From the IMG/VR virus record IMGVR_UViG_3300036399_001571, positions 108,520 through 172,519 of that record: a stretch of DNA of 64,000 nt, one strand, 5' to 3'. Within the stretch, counting starts at the first letter, position 1, and the number at the start of each line of letters is the position of its first letter. The position numbers were made by a program, and so were the translations under genes. The notes under the pieces were generated by a model that made no database searches, was not told the DNA's origin, and was given only the letters and a program-made list of their open reading frames with translations. The DNA is from a virus. Of the stretch, positions 25,432 to 35,546 are shown piece after piece.

Positions 25432-26145
25432 CTAGTTTTTGTATACTCGCCAGTTTCCTAGCTTGCCCTGAGAGTTGTCCATAATCCATTTTGCAAATTT
25501 TACGTTGCAGTTAACGTCTTTGAGACCGCTCATTCGATTTTCTACGGCATCTTCTCCGCAGACATCAGCAACTCGCGACCTCCAGGAAGAATTAATCTGA
25601 AGTAAGCCAGTGTCGTATGACTTATCCTTGTTCAGAGCGTAGGTCATGTTGCCATTGGCATCCCATCTAGCGTTTTGAGCAGCTGGATTGCATCCACTTT
25701 CACGCCATGCAATATACGAAAACACCTCAACCGGCTCAAGCCCCACCTGTTTGAATAGCGGCTCCCACATCGGACAGCGCTTTGACTGGTCCGCTGGGAT
25801 GTTGTATACGGCGCTCATTGGCGGAGTTGGAACGTTGCTTACGGGAAGATTGAGTGATTGGAGCTTCTCTATATGCTCTCGGCGAGTTATCGGACCGTAA
25901 GTTCCATCTATTCGCACTGTGCCTATCGCCTGTTGTAGGCTTTTGACTCTTTCACTCTTCTCTCCGAATGAGTAATTGTCCAATAAAACATGCCTATTTT
26001 TGGCCTCTTCCATTCTGTCTGGAGAAACAACAGAGACAGCTGGTTGAGGCGCCAGCATGGCTACCTCCGCCTTTGTCCCACCCGGGATTGAAATCCCTAG
26101 GGCTCCAAAAAGTATAGAAATAGACCATCCTGTGATTTGCTTCAA
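25432..26145 (-). CDS. lytic transglycosylase (SLT-like) with peptidoglycan-binding domain
   Basis: Signal peptide; GEKSERVKSLQQAI...DGTYGPIT; IAWRESGCNP..., DTGLLQIN. Confidence 0.85.
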   Translation of the reverse strand: MKQITGWSISILFGALGISIPGGTKAEVAMLAPQPAVSVVSPDRMEEAKNRHVLLDNYSFGEKSERVKSLQQAIGTVRIDGTYGPITRREHIEKLQSLNLPVSNVPTPPMSAVYNIPADQSKRCPMWEPLFKQVGLEPVEVFSYIAWRESGCNPAAQNARWDANGNMTYALNKDKSYDTGLLQINSSWRSRVADVCGEDAVENRMSGLKDVNCNVKFAKWIMDNSQGKLGNWRVYKN

Positions 26146-26283
26146 TGTTGTTCTCCTGAACTCGGCGGATAGGGCAACAAGCTTTAGTAAATAGCTTGCC
26201 TATGTCAGTATCGGGTACTTCAATATTACCAAATTATTGCGCAATAGCAACTTCAACGATAGCTTAACTCTTGACGAGTGGCC

Positions 26284-26562
26284 CTAATCCCCAATAACCG
26301 TACGGTCTTGAAGGCTTGTCATAAATTTCTCAAAATCTTTCAGATTTACTGAGGTTTTGAATGAATTTTCGGACTCAACATCATGAATATCGAGATTCAT
26401 TGATTGAACAAGAACGCTGGCAATGTCGCCGCAGTTATTTGATGCATCATCAATTTCTTCTTCGCTCATATCTTCATCTATATAAAAGTACAAAAGCACC
26501 CCTGCAATATGCTCAACGAGATTTAGGCGGGCTTCATCATTTGTTGCTGTCATGTGTTGCAT
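26284..26562 (-). CDS. acidic hypothetical protein
   Basis: ORF; start refined to MQHMTATND. Confidence 0.55.
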   Translation of the reverse strand: MQHMTATNDEARLNLVEHIAGVLLYFYIDEDMSEEEIDDASNNCGDIASVLVQSMNLDIHDVESENSFKTSVNLKDFEKFMTSLQDRTVIGD

Positions 26563-26636
26563 CCTATCACCCGTGGTGATAAAGTTGCACTCGCCGAAGT
26601 CATCCGACCTCGGCATACGTAAACCAAGGAGAAGAA

Positions 26637-27113
26637 ATGAACCCGGCACCAACGGTGATTATCGGTAACGTTACGGCGGAACCAGAACTCACCTTCACAT
26701 CAAACGGACAGGCACGCCTGTCATTTTCAGTAGCCGCAAACTATGTTTGGTACGACCAGGCAGGCGAAAAGCAGGAAAAGGTTTCCTTTTTCAACATCGT
26801 CGCATGGCGCTACACAGCCGAGAATGCTGCAAAGACACTGGAAAAGGGAATTGGTGTAATCGTAACAGGACGCCTTGAACAGCGTTCATGGGACGACAAA
26901 GAGACAGGTCAAAAGCGTTCAACAGTCGAAGTTATTGCAGACGAAATTGCAATTAACACTCGCAGTGTTGAAACTGTTGTCCGTCGCACCAAGCAGGACG
27001 GTGGTCAAGCGCAGGGCGGTTCATCCGCTCCGGCACAGCGCCGCTCAAAGCCAGCAGCATCAAACCGCCAGCCAGTAGGCGTCGGCGTAGATGGTGAATC
27101 AGAACCATTCTGA
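26637..27113 (+). CDS. ssb: single-stranded DNA-binding protein
   Basis: GNVTAEPEL, FFNIVAW, VIVTGRLEQRSW, acidic tail EPF. Confidence 0.95.
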   Translation: MNPAPTVIIGNVTAEPELTFTSNGQARLSFSVAANYVWYDQAGEKQEKVSFFNIVAWRYTAENAAKTLEKGIGVIVTGRLEQRSWDDKETGQKRSTVEVIADEIAINTRSVETVVRRTKQDGGQAQGGSSAPAQRRSKPAASNRQPVGVGVDGESEPF

Positions 27114-27132
27114 TTCCTGCTATTTAAATAAA

Positions 27133-27182
27133 CAAAACCCTCGTTAATTTCGTGCAGAGACGCGAAGACGAGGGTTTTTTTA
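27133..27182. terminator. bidirectional terminator
   Basis: AAAACCCTCG...CGAGGGTTTTT between convergent genes. Confidence 0.65.
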
Positions 27183-27475
27183 TGCTCTTTTTAAGCCATG
27201 CAATATTTTCGTAAGTTCATCGCCGTCAAACGGAATGGCATAAGCATCGACATAGTTCTTAGCATCCAAAAGCATGTCTATGACCTCCGCCACTGGGACT
27301 GAAGACCTAGGGTCTTTGACTAATTGCTTTGAAAGCCGCTGTAAGTGAGTATCTATGGAATCCATGGGTTAAGTATAAACATAAAAAATATCTGCTTTGG
27401 GGTTGCCAATGTATTTTTTAGTTATTAATATCTAAGTCAACCTACAAATAGACGGACATAAAGGAGTTATTACTA

Positions 27476-27685
27476 ATGTCTGAATACAATAAACTAAAGA
27501 ACAGCGGACTTGGTCGCGGTCGACCGAAACTCAAAGAGGAAGAGCGTGTTCTGCGCAAGCAGATGAATTCTGTTCGCCAGGAAGCCCGCAGGCGTGCTCA
27601 TCTCGTTCTTCAGCATCGCCATCAAGTTGAGTATGACGAGATTTTCCAAGAAGAACTTAAATCCCTTTTCAAAAAGGGACGCTAG
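27476..27685 (+). CDS. small basic DNA-binding-like protein (69 aa)
   Basis: AT-hook-like GRGRPK; AAGGAG RBS. Confidence 0.6.
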   Translation: MSEYNKLKNSGLGRGRPKLKEEERVLRKQMNSVRQEARRRAHLVLQHRHQVEYDEIFQEELKSLFKKGR

Positions 27686-27784
27686 TCAGATTCTTGTTCC
27701 CTGGTGGCTTCATATGCCTCCAGGGACTTTGCATCATGAACTAATTCTCCAGTTTTAAATCTAAGAACAAGGGGCGGAGGTTCT

Positions 27785-27985
27785 TCAGGGGTAGTCAATG
27801 TTCCCACTTTTCATTGAGCCTCTACCCTTTTTTGAGGGCTTCATGACTTTTGACTTTGATTTTCCATACTGAGATTCTAGCCATTCGTCGAAGTCTTCTA
27901 CTTCTCCGGGCTTAGAAATAACGTATTTTTCGTATTGCTTTATTAAGCCAATAAGCTCATCGTCTTCTTCATCAAATCGTGGCAT
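27785..27985 (-). CDS. small hypothetical protein (66 aa)
   Basis: ATG just after stop of 27988-28497. Confidence 0.5.
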   Translation of the reverse strand: MPRFDEEDDELIGLIKQYEKYVISKPGEVEDFDEWLESQYGKSKSKVMKPSKKGRGSMKSGNIDYP

Positions 27986-27987
27986 TT

Positions 27988-28497
27988 CTATCTGGACCTT
28001 CGCGCTCTTCTTCCAGCTTTTGCCGCTCTCATCGTATTTGGAACGAATTGTTTTCCTTTTTTGCTTCCGGCAATCTTTTTCCTGTTTGTTGCATTTTTTT
28101 GTGCTGGTGTTAGTTTTTCCCATGCCGCTGCAGGAAGATATCTACGCATTCCGTCTGGTCGGTTTGCTGGCTTACCATCGCTGGTAGTCCATTTTTCTTT
28201 CGTCCACTTCTTTAGAGACCTCTGAGTCTTGCTTAATCCGCCGCGATAACCGCCACCAGCTTTTCTGTACTGCACAGCAAGCAATTGAGCTTTTCTGGCA
28301 GACCACTGGCCAGGTTTGCCGCCATCAGAGCCGGCAAGAATGCGAGATTTAATTCTTTCTCGTAGCTCCGGTTTTGTGTATGAGTTTTTTGCTGATTTTT
28401 CCATTAACTCGGAATCAACACCAGCTAAAAATTCGCCAACAGCCTGCTCAACCCACTCCGGGCCGTAATCTTCTGATTTATCTTGTCTGCTGGCCAT
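27988..28497 (-). CDS. DUF5872-like basic phage protein
   Basis: YTKPELRERIK...GGKPGQWSARKAQLL...YRKAGGGY; LKKWTKEKW. Confidence 0.65.
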   Translation of the reverse strand: MASRQDKSEDYGPEWVEQAVGEFLAGVDSELMEKSAKNSYTKPELRERIKSRILAGSDGGKPGQWSARKAQLLAVQYRKAGGGYRGGLSKTQRSLKKWTKEKWTTSDGKPANRPDGMRRYLPAAAWEKLTPAQKNATNRKKIAGSKKGKQFVPNTMRAAKAGRRARRSR

Positions 28498-28551
28498 TTG
28501 TTTCTCCGCTTAAAATAATACGCGATATAGAAGCGGATTCGTGTTAAGTGT

Positions 28552-28851
28552 TTATTGCAGTCTTTGACCGCATTTTAAGCAGGTAACAGACCATGGGTAG
28601 CGCCTGACCGAAGGGTGCTCACATTCAAGTAGCGTCTTTGCCTTCGCATTTAGCACGTCTCGTATCCACGCCGACATGGTTTTACCATCGACGGCCGCAG
28701 CCTGCCTCCAGCGCTCCCTGACCTCGTCCGTGGTTCTGATTAGGACCGATGTGTTGGTTGGTCCTTCGTCTTCTTTTTCTAGTGGTCTTACCGACAAATC
28801 TGTCGAATCAGCGACGGCCTTCATTGCAGCTTCAAGGTTGCTGTCACTCAT
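28552..28851 (-). CDS. ribbon-helix-helix-like protein with C-terminal Cys motif
   Basis: SVLIRTTDEVRERWRQAA...MSAWIRDVL; CLKC. Confidence 0.55.
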   Translation of the reverse strand: MSDSNLEAAMKAVADSTDLSVRPLEKEDEGPTNTSVLIRTTDEVRERWRQAAAVDGKTMSAWIRDVLNAKAKTLLECEHPSVRRYPWSVTCLKCGQRLQ

Positions 28852-29485
28852 CTGTTTCCTCTTCGTTTGGTTCTTCTTCTACGGATACTATCTCAGCATC
28901 AACGATGTCTGCTTCACCCAACATTTGTCTCACAGCGCTTTCTGGGAGAACTCCAGACATCCCCATTAGTTGAAGAAGTTGCCTTGCTTCTGATTCTGGG
29001 TCAAATGTATTTCCAATTTGCTTGAGCTGTTCAGAGCCAGCAAGTGTTGCCTTTATCGTTTCGCTCGTCTTATTCCCAACATCCATCTGAACGCTGATGT
29101 TGGTTTGGTCCATGCCTAGAAGTTTTGTGCGCCTATCCATGATGGAAAGAACCTGCTGTATCGCCTTCAAGTCCGGCTCAACGGCAACTTCTGTTCCATC
29201 ATCCATCACCTGTCTTCTGTGTTGGGTTAATGGCCAAATTGCCTGCTGAAGACTGTCCAGTCTTTCAAGTTCAAGCCGAAGAACTTCCGGGTAAGCCATC
29301 AAGGTCTCGCGGTTCATTTTCTCTAACTGACGAGAAATTGCTTTAGACACAGCGCTCGTTGTCATTCCAAAACGTCTTGCTATTTCGGATGTCGAAGTGC
29401 CAGCTTGGCGAAGCTTAAATATTCGCATGTCTCTTTCACCAAGAAACTCACGCGTAGCAATTTTATTGCTTTTGTCTTCGCTCAT
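28844..29485 (-). CDS. HTH protein, terminase-small-subunit-like
   Basis: LRQAGTS.SEIARRFGMTTSAV; LELERLD; AIQQVLSIMDRRTKLLGMD. Confidence 0.55.
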   Translation of the reverse strand: MSEDKSNKIATREFLGERDMRIFKLRQAGTSTSEIARRFGMTTSAVSKAISRQLEKMNRETLMAYPEVLRLELERLDSLQQAIWPLTQHRRQVMDDGTEVAVEPDLKAIQQVLSIMDRRTKLLGMDQTNISVQMDVGNKTSETIKATLAGSEQLKQIGNTFDPESEARQLLQLMGMSGVLPESAVRQMLGEADIVDAEIVSVEEEPNEEETDE

Positions 29486-29502
29486 TACCCTATCTTAGTG
29501 AC

Positions 29503-31329
29503 TTATTTGTCAACTTTCATGAACTCAATCACTTCGAACGGGAATACCTTGCCTCGTTTGATTTTCAAAGGCCACTGACGTTGGTCGCGAGCTCCTCTGA
29601 AGTGCCGAACGTCGTAAACGTATGGCTCGTTGGCTGTCGGGTCCGGTTGAAGAGAAATACCAAACTCCGGCCAGCGCGACCAAACAGCAGAACCAAAAGG
29701 ACGCAATTCTCTTGTATTAAGAGTTGTTCCAAGTGGTGCGTGGTGCTCGAGCCAAAGAGCGCATCCATAAACTGTTCTAATTGTGTCTAGGTACTTGGCA
29801 ACCTCAACAGCAATGGCCTCTGAGGTTCGTCCGCCTGGGTCGACGAATGCCTTATACAAAGGACCCATCACCAAAATGTCTGGCTTGACTCGCTCAATCG
29901 CTTCTTCAAGAATCAATCTGTCTTCTGGCTTCAATAGGTCCATTCCAGACGGTTTGGTTAAAACCTCTCCATAAACCCTGGCGACATGTCCGCGACGCAT
30001 TGCTTGCGTAAGGATTGCAGAAGATGCTCTTCGAATAATTCGCTCAGGGTTTTCAAGGTCAACGGTCAAAGTTACGACGGGCTTCATCTGCCCGTACGTG
30101 AAAGGGTGAATACCAGCAGCAGCACAAAGCGCAACTTGCCGCGCGAGCATAGTCTTGCCAACGCCTTCGGCAGCAACAACGATTACTCTTTCGCCACGTT
30201 CAAGAAGACCAGGAATAACCCAGTCGTAAGATTCATCAACCTGCTCCGCAATAAAGTCGTTCCATTGAACCAGTCTGCCTGGGTCCGTGATTTGCTTCGA
30301 TGTAGTTGCAGAAAGAATCATCGACATTTTTGAAACCATTTGACCAGGACTTAAGTCCTCCCTACCAAATAGTTCTTGAATCTTTACGAGCGCCGAATCA
30401 AAAACAGATTCTTTCTTTTCTTCGATTGGCTCGCTATCTTCTTGAAATTCATTTTCGACATTTTCAACATGCTCTGATTCATTTTCTTCAGATGGCGAAA
30501 ATGCGACAAGTGTCTCAAATGTCCCACCTGAAGATAGGTGGTCAGTAATGTCTTTTACATCTGGGCAAACCCATGCCTGCGCATCGCACCCTGCATCTGT
30601 TAAGACTTTCAGCAGTTTTGAAGCATGCTCTCTTCCAGGGGCATCGTTATCTGCGACGATGTCTACAACTGCGCCTTTAAGCGCTTCTGTGTGGATGTCG
30701 AGCCAGTGTCCAGCTCCACCGGGCATTGTTGTTGCAACATACCCCAACGCAATAAGTGTGTCTGCGTCTTTCTCTCCCTCAACTACCCAAATTGGCGTTC
30801 CAGAATCTTTTGCAGCAAGAACAGCTGGAAGATTGTAGAGAATTTTTGGAACTTCTGAAAGCGAATATGACCATCCGCCATTCTCAACCGGTTTTCTCTG
30901 TCGAAAAGTCTTAACACCATCCTGATTTGTATATCGAACTTTTTGAAACAGCAATTCACCAGATTCGTCGATGTAGTCATAAGAGCAAACAAATTTAAGC
31001 TCCTCTTTAATGATGGGCTTTGGCGCCTGCGTTGACGTTTGTTGTTTTTCTTTTTTAACAATTGGCTTTTCGTAAATTGTGCTCGTGCCGTTTTGGGGCA
31101 TTATGTCGGAAATCGCTAAACCAACCGAAGCACATATCTCTGCGACATCGCACCCATTGCCTCTATGGCAATGAACCAAAACGCGACCATCTGTTCCCTC
31201 ACTTACAGAAAGAGATGGGTTGTTATCGTCATTCCTGCAAGGGCAGCGTGCCATAAAGTTCCCGCCACTTTGCCTGACCCCATCAAGTCTGTCAAGGAAG
31301 TTCTGGACGATTGGTCCGGGCGTTGTCAC
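29503..31329 (-). CDS. primase-helicase (Zn finger + TOPRIM + AAA_25/RepA-like)
   Basis: CPCRND..PSLS; VVEGEKDAD; ADND.PG; Walker A AAEGVGKT. Confidence 0.88.
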   Translation of the reverse strand: MTTPGPIVQNFLDRLDGVRQSGGNFMARCPCRNDDNNPSLSVSEGTDGRVLVHCHRGNGCDVAEICASVGLAISDIMPQNGTSTIYEKPIVKKEKQQTSTQAPKPIIKEELKFVCSYDYIDESGELLFQKVRYTNQDGVKTFRQRKPVENGGWSYSLSEVPKILYNLPAVLAAKDSGTPIWVVEGEKDADTLIALGYVATTMPGGAGHWLDIHTEALKGAVVDIVADNDAPGREHASKLLKVLTDAGCDAQAWVCPDVKDITDHLSSGGTFETLVAFSPSEENESEHVENVENEFQEDSEPIEEKKESVFDSALVKIQELFGREDLSPGQMVSKMSMILSATTSKQITDPGRLVQWNDFIAEQVDESYDWVIPGLLERGERVIVVAAEGVGKTMLARQVALCAAAGIHPFTYGQMKPVVTLTVDLENPERIIRRASSAILTQAMRRGHVARVYGEVLTKPSGMDLLKPEDRLILEEAIERVKPDILVMGPLYKAFVDPGGRTSEAIAVEVAKYLDTIRTVYGCALWLEHHAPLGTTLNTRELRPFGSAVWSRWPEFGISLQPDPTANEPYVYDVRHFRGARDQRQWPLKIKRGKVFPFEVIEFMKVDK

Positions 31330-31718
31330 TGTGCTTCCCGCAGGGCTTTCTTTATTGCCGCATCCTTAAGGCGATAGTTGCCCTTATATGCAAACCCATT
31401 GGCGTTTCGCCTTCCGATTCCAGGAAGGAAAATTCTTGCTTCTCGAGATAGGAGAATCCCTTTGTCACTTCTCATCATTGCGCGTTCAGCTTCTGTTTTC
31501 CCTCCCCAAATACCAATTGGTTCATGACGAAGTGAATACTCAAGACAGTGCTCCATTGATGGGCATGAGTTGCAAAGCTCAATTGCTTCTTTTGTATCTG
31601 CCCTAAATTTAAGCCACTGTTCCCTTGGCAAACCTTTTTCGATTACTGGGAACCACTTGTCAACATCGTGTCCTTTGCAGTTTCCCTCTGCTGGCGGCGC
31701 ATCGTAGTTTGGCAACAA
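31326..31718 (-). CDS. whiB: WhiB-family Fe-S transcription factor
   Basis: C...WFP...CNSCP...CLEYS...GIWGG. Confidence 0.9.
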   Translation of the reverse strand: MLPNYDAPPAEGNCKGHDVDKWFPVIEKGLPREQWLKFRADTKEAIELCNSCPSMEHCLEYSLRHEPIGIWGGKTEAERAMMRSDKGILLSREARIFLPGIGRRNANGFAYKGNYRLKDAAIKKALREAQ

Positions 31719-31727
31719 TTCAACTCC

Positions 31728-32150
31728 TTACGTCGGATTAGGTTTGGTTATCCTAGCGACGTCGGATGAAGAAAGAAATACCAGAGCGTGTTTTACTACA
31801 AGATTTCCGGAGATGTCTGTTGCGACAATATCTATTGCTTCTAATGGTATTTTAAACTTTGAAGCAATTGCAGCTTTCATTTTGCTTATATCAATTTCTT
31901 CTTCAACAAATTTTACATTGTCATCAATGTCTGTTGGAATGGCTCCGGCGGTAAGAGCTTTCATTTCGCCATCTTTTTCCACAGCACGAAGACACCATGC
32001 ACAAGCTAATTTTGGCGTCGAAGCAGCGCGCGCACGTGTTTCAGTGTGCCCACAAGAAAGCAAGTGTCGGTATTCGACTTTTCCCCAAGCACCCTCACGG
32101 GTAATTTGAACCACATCTTGGCGTGGCGCTTTGCGATGTTCAGTTGTCAC
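31728..32150 (-). CDS. hypothetical protein with LSCGH/CAWC Zn motif
   Basis: In-operon ORF. Confidence 0.65.
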   Translation of the reverse strand: MTTEHRKAPRQDVVQITREGAWGKVEYRHLLSCGHTETRARAASTPKLACAWCLRAVEKDGEMKALTAGAIPTDIDDNVKFVEEEIDISKMKAAIASKFKIPLEAIDIVATDISGNLVVKHALVFLSSSDVARITKPNPT

Positions 32151-32177
32151 AGCCCACCATTATGGTGGAAGAGGAAG

Positions 32178-32441
32178 TTATTTTGCGATACCCTTAAACA
32201 ACTTTCGCAACCACTTCTTCAAGCCGCGAGCATCAACTGATACTTGCGCTGGAATGCTGTCGATAAGTTGTTCAATTTTGTCTGCATGCTCAGCCACTTG
32301 CTTTGCTGCTACTGCTTCTACGAAGTCTTCTGCTTTTGCAAAAGTGCTTTTTGGAGCAGCCTTCTTTGCAGGAGCCTTCTTTGCGGCAGCCTTCTTTGCA
32401 GGGGCCTTTTTTGCTGTTGTCTTTTTCTTTGATGTTGCCAT
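32178..32441 (-). CDS. histone-like AKKAP-repeat protein (87 aa)
   Basis: KKAPAKKAAAKKAPAKKAAPK repeats. Confidence 0.65.
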   Translation of the reverse strand: MATSKKKTTAKKAPAKKAAAKKAPAKKAAPKSTFAKAEDFVEAVAAKQVAEHADKIEQLIDSIPAQVSVDARGLKKWLRKLFKGIAK

Positions 32442-32522
32442 GACCTTGACTTTATCAAACCATTTACCACCGTGGCGGAACCACCTCCCCTGTAGAAGCG
32501 CGGTCCGACCTAGGCTGTTGCC

Positions 32523-33170
32523 GTGGAAGGCTCTTATGACAATGATTATAGTAAAATAGCTCTTGCTATAACTGCCGCCCAACTAGCAAAGTCGACCAGC
32601 GTAAAAGAATTCGGAATCGGCGAAGACCTGGCTATCAATTTTTTTGGCTGGGATGAAGAGCGACTAGCCATTGTCTGCCAGATAAGGCAGGATTTGATGA
32701 AGATTGACCCAGAAGAGCGTTTAGCACGCTGTACGGAGCTCTGTGCGGTTCTCAGGCGATACTGGGGGGTGTCTTCGATAACAATGGTGGCCGAGGGTTA
32801 CTGTTCTGCAGATATGGCCGAGACAGAGGGTTTATCGCTAGCAGATGCATTTCTGGACGCATCAAAACCAGTGAAAGAGTGCATTACGGTAACAAACGTC
32901 ACTTTAGACCAGAAGGCCGTAGAGGATGGCGGTTTTGTGACTACAATTCTTGCCGTTCCTTATGCATACGAGCTGGGACGGACACTGAAGTGGTTTGACA
33001 CCCTCATCTACACCAATGGTGGAGGCAAGAATTTTAGGAATTCAAAGTATCCACAGTCAATGAGGCGAGCCTTGAAAAACAAGGTTGTTGACGACCTCCC
33101 GGACGAGGCATACGAGGAGCTGGTAAGCCTGATTAATTCAAATGGATTTCATATACAAGAATTTTATTAA
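32523..33170 (+). CDS. hypothetical protein (215 aa)
   Basis: Long ORF; start uncertain. Confidence 0.65.
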   Translation: MEGSYDNDYSKIALAITAAQLAKSTSVKEFGIGEDLAINFFGWDEERLAIVCQIRQDLMKIDPEERLARCTELCAVLRRYWGVSSITMVAEGYCSADMAETEGLSLADAFLDASKPVKECITVTNVTLDQKAVEDGGFVTTILAVPYAYELGRTLKWFDTLIYTNGGGKNFRNSKYPQSMRRALKNKVVDDLPDEAYEELVSLINSNGFHIQEFY

Positions 33171-33185
33171 AGTATAATAATTCAA

Positions 33186-33524
33186 ATGCCATTTTATGAC
33201 AACTCATACGACGACTTGTATGGTCGTTCGCGCAATCTATTCGACAACGTCACAATTCTGCCAGCTGATAGGACTCCGTGCCTCGTGTGTGGGCATCCAA
33301 CTGGGGACTGTGCTGGGGATAACTCATCCCATACGAGGATAGCTGGGTTCGGAATGATTGAATCACTTAAAGTTGTTCAAACTTTTTTGGTAGAAGAAGA
33401 CATACACGAAGAGAGACAAATAACACCTTCGATAAAAACAAAAGTTCTGTTGCACAAGAAGGGTAAACAGATACCATATGCCGAAGCCGAGCGACTTGGG
33501 TTAATAAAAAAATGGACAAACTAA
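33186..33524 (+). CDS. hypothetical protein (112 aa)
   Basis: ORF with CLVCGHPTGDC motif. Confidence 0.65.
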   Translation: MPFYDNSYDDLYGRSRNLFDNVTILPADRTPCLVCGHPTGDCAGDNSSHTRIAGFGMIESLKVVQTFLVEEDIHEERQITPSIKTKVLLHKKGKQIPYAEAERLGLIKKWTN

Positions 33525-33616
33525 GAGCAAAGTTACTACGACTTTAGACCCTTTCAGTATTCTCGGCTAAGTTAAAATCGATACCTACTCAAATCACTAT
33601 CACAACAGGACAAATC

Positions 33617-35542
33617 ATGACTTCGCTTGACCAATCATTCGTGGATTCGTATTCTCTAAAACAAGCTCCTTGGGGCTTCAACGGTATGGGGGAAATTGTA
33701 TTTCTTCGTACTTACAGCCGCAAGAAAGAAGATGGAAACAACGAAACTTGGCCAGAAACCCTTCAGCGCGTAATCAATGGAGCAATGGAAGTTGGAGTTG
33801 AGTACACAAAAGAAGAAGCAGAGGCACTGTTTGACCACTGCTTTAATCTTCGTTGCTCATTCTCTGGTCGTTCGCTTTGGCAGCTTGGAACGCCTCTTGT
33901 TCAGAAGTTCAATGCAACATCACTTAACAACTGCTACTTCACCAACATCGAAAAGATTGAAGACTTTGAATTGTTGTTCGAATACTTGATGCTTGGTGGT
34001 GGCGTTGGCTTCTCCGTTGAGCGCTCAAAGATTCACGACTTGCCAAAGGTTAAAGCAGGAGTCACAATCACGCACGAACGTTCCAACGATGCAGACATCA
34101 TTGTCCCTGACTCACGTCAAGGTTGGAAGCGTCTCTTGCATGCAGTGTTGAAGTCATATTTCGACACGGGTAAGTCTTTCTCATACTCAACAGTTCTTAT
34201 CCGTGAATACGGTGCGCCATTGAAGACATTTGGTGGCACTGCATCTGGCCCAGGAGCACTGATTGATGGTATTGCCGACATTTGCAAAGTGATGCAGAAT
34301 CGTGAGGGCAAGAAGCTCCGTTCAATTGATGTCCTAGACATCTGTAACATCATTGGCCGCATTGTGGTTTCAGGCTCATCACGTCGTTCAGCACAGATTG
34401 CGATGGGTGACCCGGACGACGTTCTTTTCCTCCGTGCAAAAAATTGGGCATCTGGGAATATTCCTGCGTGGAGAGCGAACTCCAACAACTCCATATACGC
34501 CGACCACTACGACGAAATCATGTCGGAACTGTGGAAGGGGTACGACGGAACCGGCGAGCCTTACGGCTTGTTGAATCGTCGACTTGCTCGTAAGTTCGGA
34601 AGACTTGGTGAAGCAAAGCCTGACAACTCAATTGAGGGCTTTAACCCTTGTGCTGAAATCGCACTTGCTGATGGAGAGTCGTGCAACTTGGCAACAATAT
34701 TCCTGCCAAACGTTGAGTCCCTTGAGCAATTTAAAGAAATCTCAAGCTTGCTCTACAAGACACAAAAGCAAATCACTCGCATGGCTTATCCATACGAAAA
34801 GACAACAAACATCGTGAGCAAGAATGCACGACTTGGTCAGTCTGTTACTGGAATCCTCCAGTGTTCAGAGGAACAAGTTTCGTGGTTGTCCCCTGCTTAC
34901 GAGTATTTGCAGGAATTTGATAAGCAATACTCCGCAGAGCGTGGATGGCCAGCATCAGTTCGTTTGACGACCGTTCAGCCATCAGGAACGCTTTCATTAC
35001 TTCCTGGAGTGACTCCTGGAATTCACCCTGCATTTGCTCCTTTCTATGTGAGACGTGTTCGCTTTGGTTCTTCAGACCCACTCGTTGAGGCTTGTCGCAA
35101 GCGTGGATACAAGATTCAGTGGGATATTGGAATCGACGGCAGAGAAGACCACACTCGCTATGTTGTGGACTTCCCATGCATGTCACCAGAGGGTTCGACA
35201 CTTGCTGCGGCAATGACTGCTGTGCAACAGCTTGAATGGGTAAAGAAGATGCAAACTGAATGGGCAGATAACGCCGTGTCGGTTACTGTCTACTACCGCA
35301 AGGAAGAGCTTGGAGAAATCCAGGAATGGCTTTCAAAGAACTACGACAAGAGCGTTAAGTCAGTTTCGTTCCTGCTCCACGTAGACCACAACTTCTCTCT
35401 TCCTCCATATGAAGAAATCACCAAGGAGGAGTACAACAAGATGCTCGCCAAGGTTGACTTCTCTGCGCCATTGCAAGATGTAACTTTTATGGGTGATTTG
35501 GACCTCGACAATTGCGCAACAGGTGCTTGCCCGATAAAGTAG
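33617..35542 (+). CDS. nrdJ: class II (adenosylcobalamin) ribonucleotide reductase, monomeric type
   Basis: FLRTYSR, SLNNC, RRSAQI, FNPCAEI, TTVQPSGTLSLL, C-terminal CATGACP. Confidence 0.95.
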   Translation: MTSLDQSFVDSYSLKQAPWGFNGMGEIVFLRTYSRKKEDGNNETWPETLQRVINGAMEVGVEYTKEEAEALFDHCFNLRCSFSGRSLWQLGTPLVQKFNATSLNNCYFTNIEKIEDFELLFEYLMLGGGVGFSVERSKIHDLPKVKAGVTITHERSNDADIIVPDSRQGWKRLLHAVLKSYFDTGKSFSYSTVLIREYGAPLKTFGGTASGPGALIDGIADICKVMQNREGKKLRSIDVLDICNIIGRIVVSGSSRRSAQIAMGDPDDVLFLRAKNWASGNIPAWRANSNNSIYADHYDEIMSELWKGYDGTGEPYGLLNRRLARKFGRLGEAKPDNSIEGFNPCAEIALADGESCNLATIFLPNVESLEQFKEISSLLYKTQKQITRMAYPYEKTTNIVSKNARLGQSVTGILQCSEEQVSWLSPAYEYLQEFDKQYSAERGWPASVRLTTVQPSGTLSLLPGVTPGIHPAFAPFYVRRVRFGSSDPLVEACRKRGYKIQWDIGIDGREDHTRYVVDFPCMSPEGSTLAAAMTAVQQLEWVKKMQTEWADNAVSVTVYYRKEELGEIQEWLSKNYDKSVKSVSFLLHVDHNFSLPPYEEITKEEYNKMLAKVDFSAPLQDVTFMGDLDLDNCATGACPIK

Positions 35543-35546
35543 AGGC

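Noticed and set aside
26150-26225. Possible riboswitch in the transglycosylase leader
   Set aside because: A hairpin is present but I could not match any known riboswitch consensus (such as c-di-AMP); needs an Rfam search
33617-35542. Intron or intein in nrdJ
   Set aside because: Uninterrupted 641 aa frame of normal length; the HNH genes are free-standing
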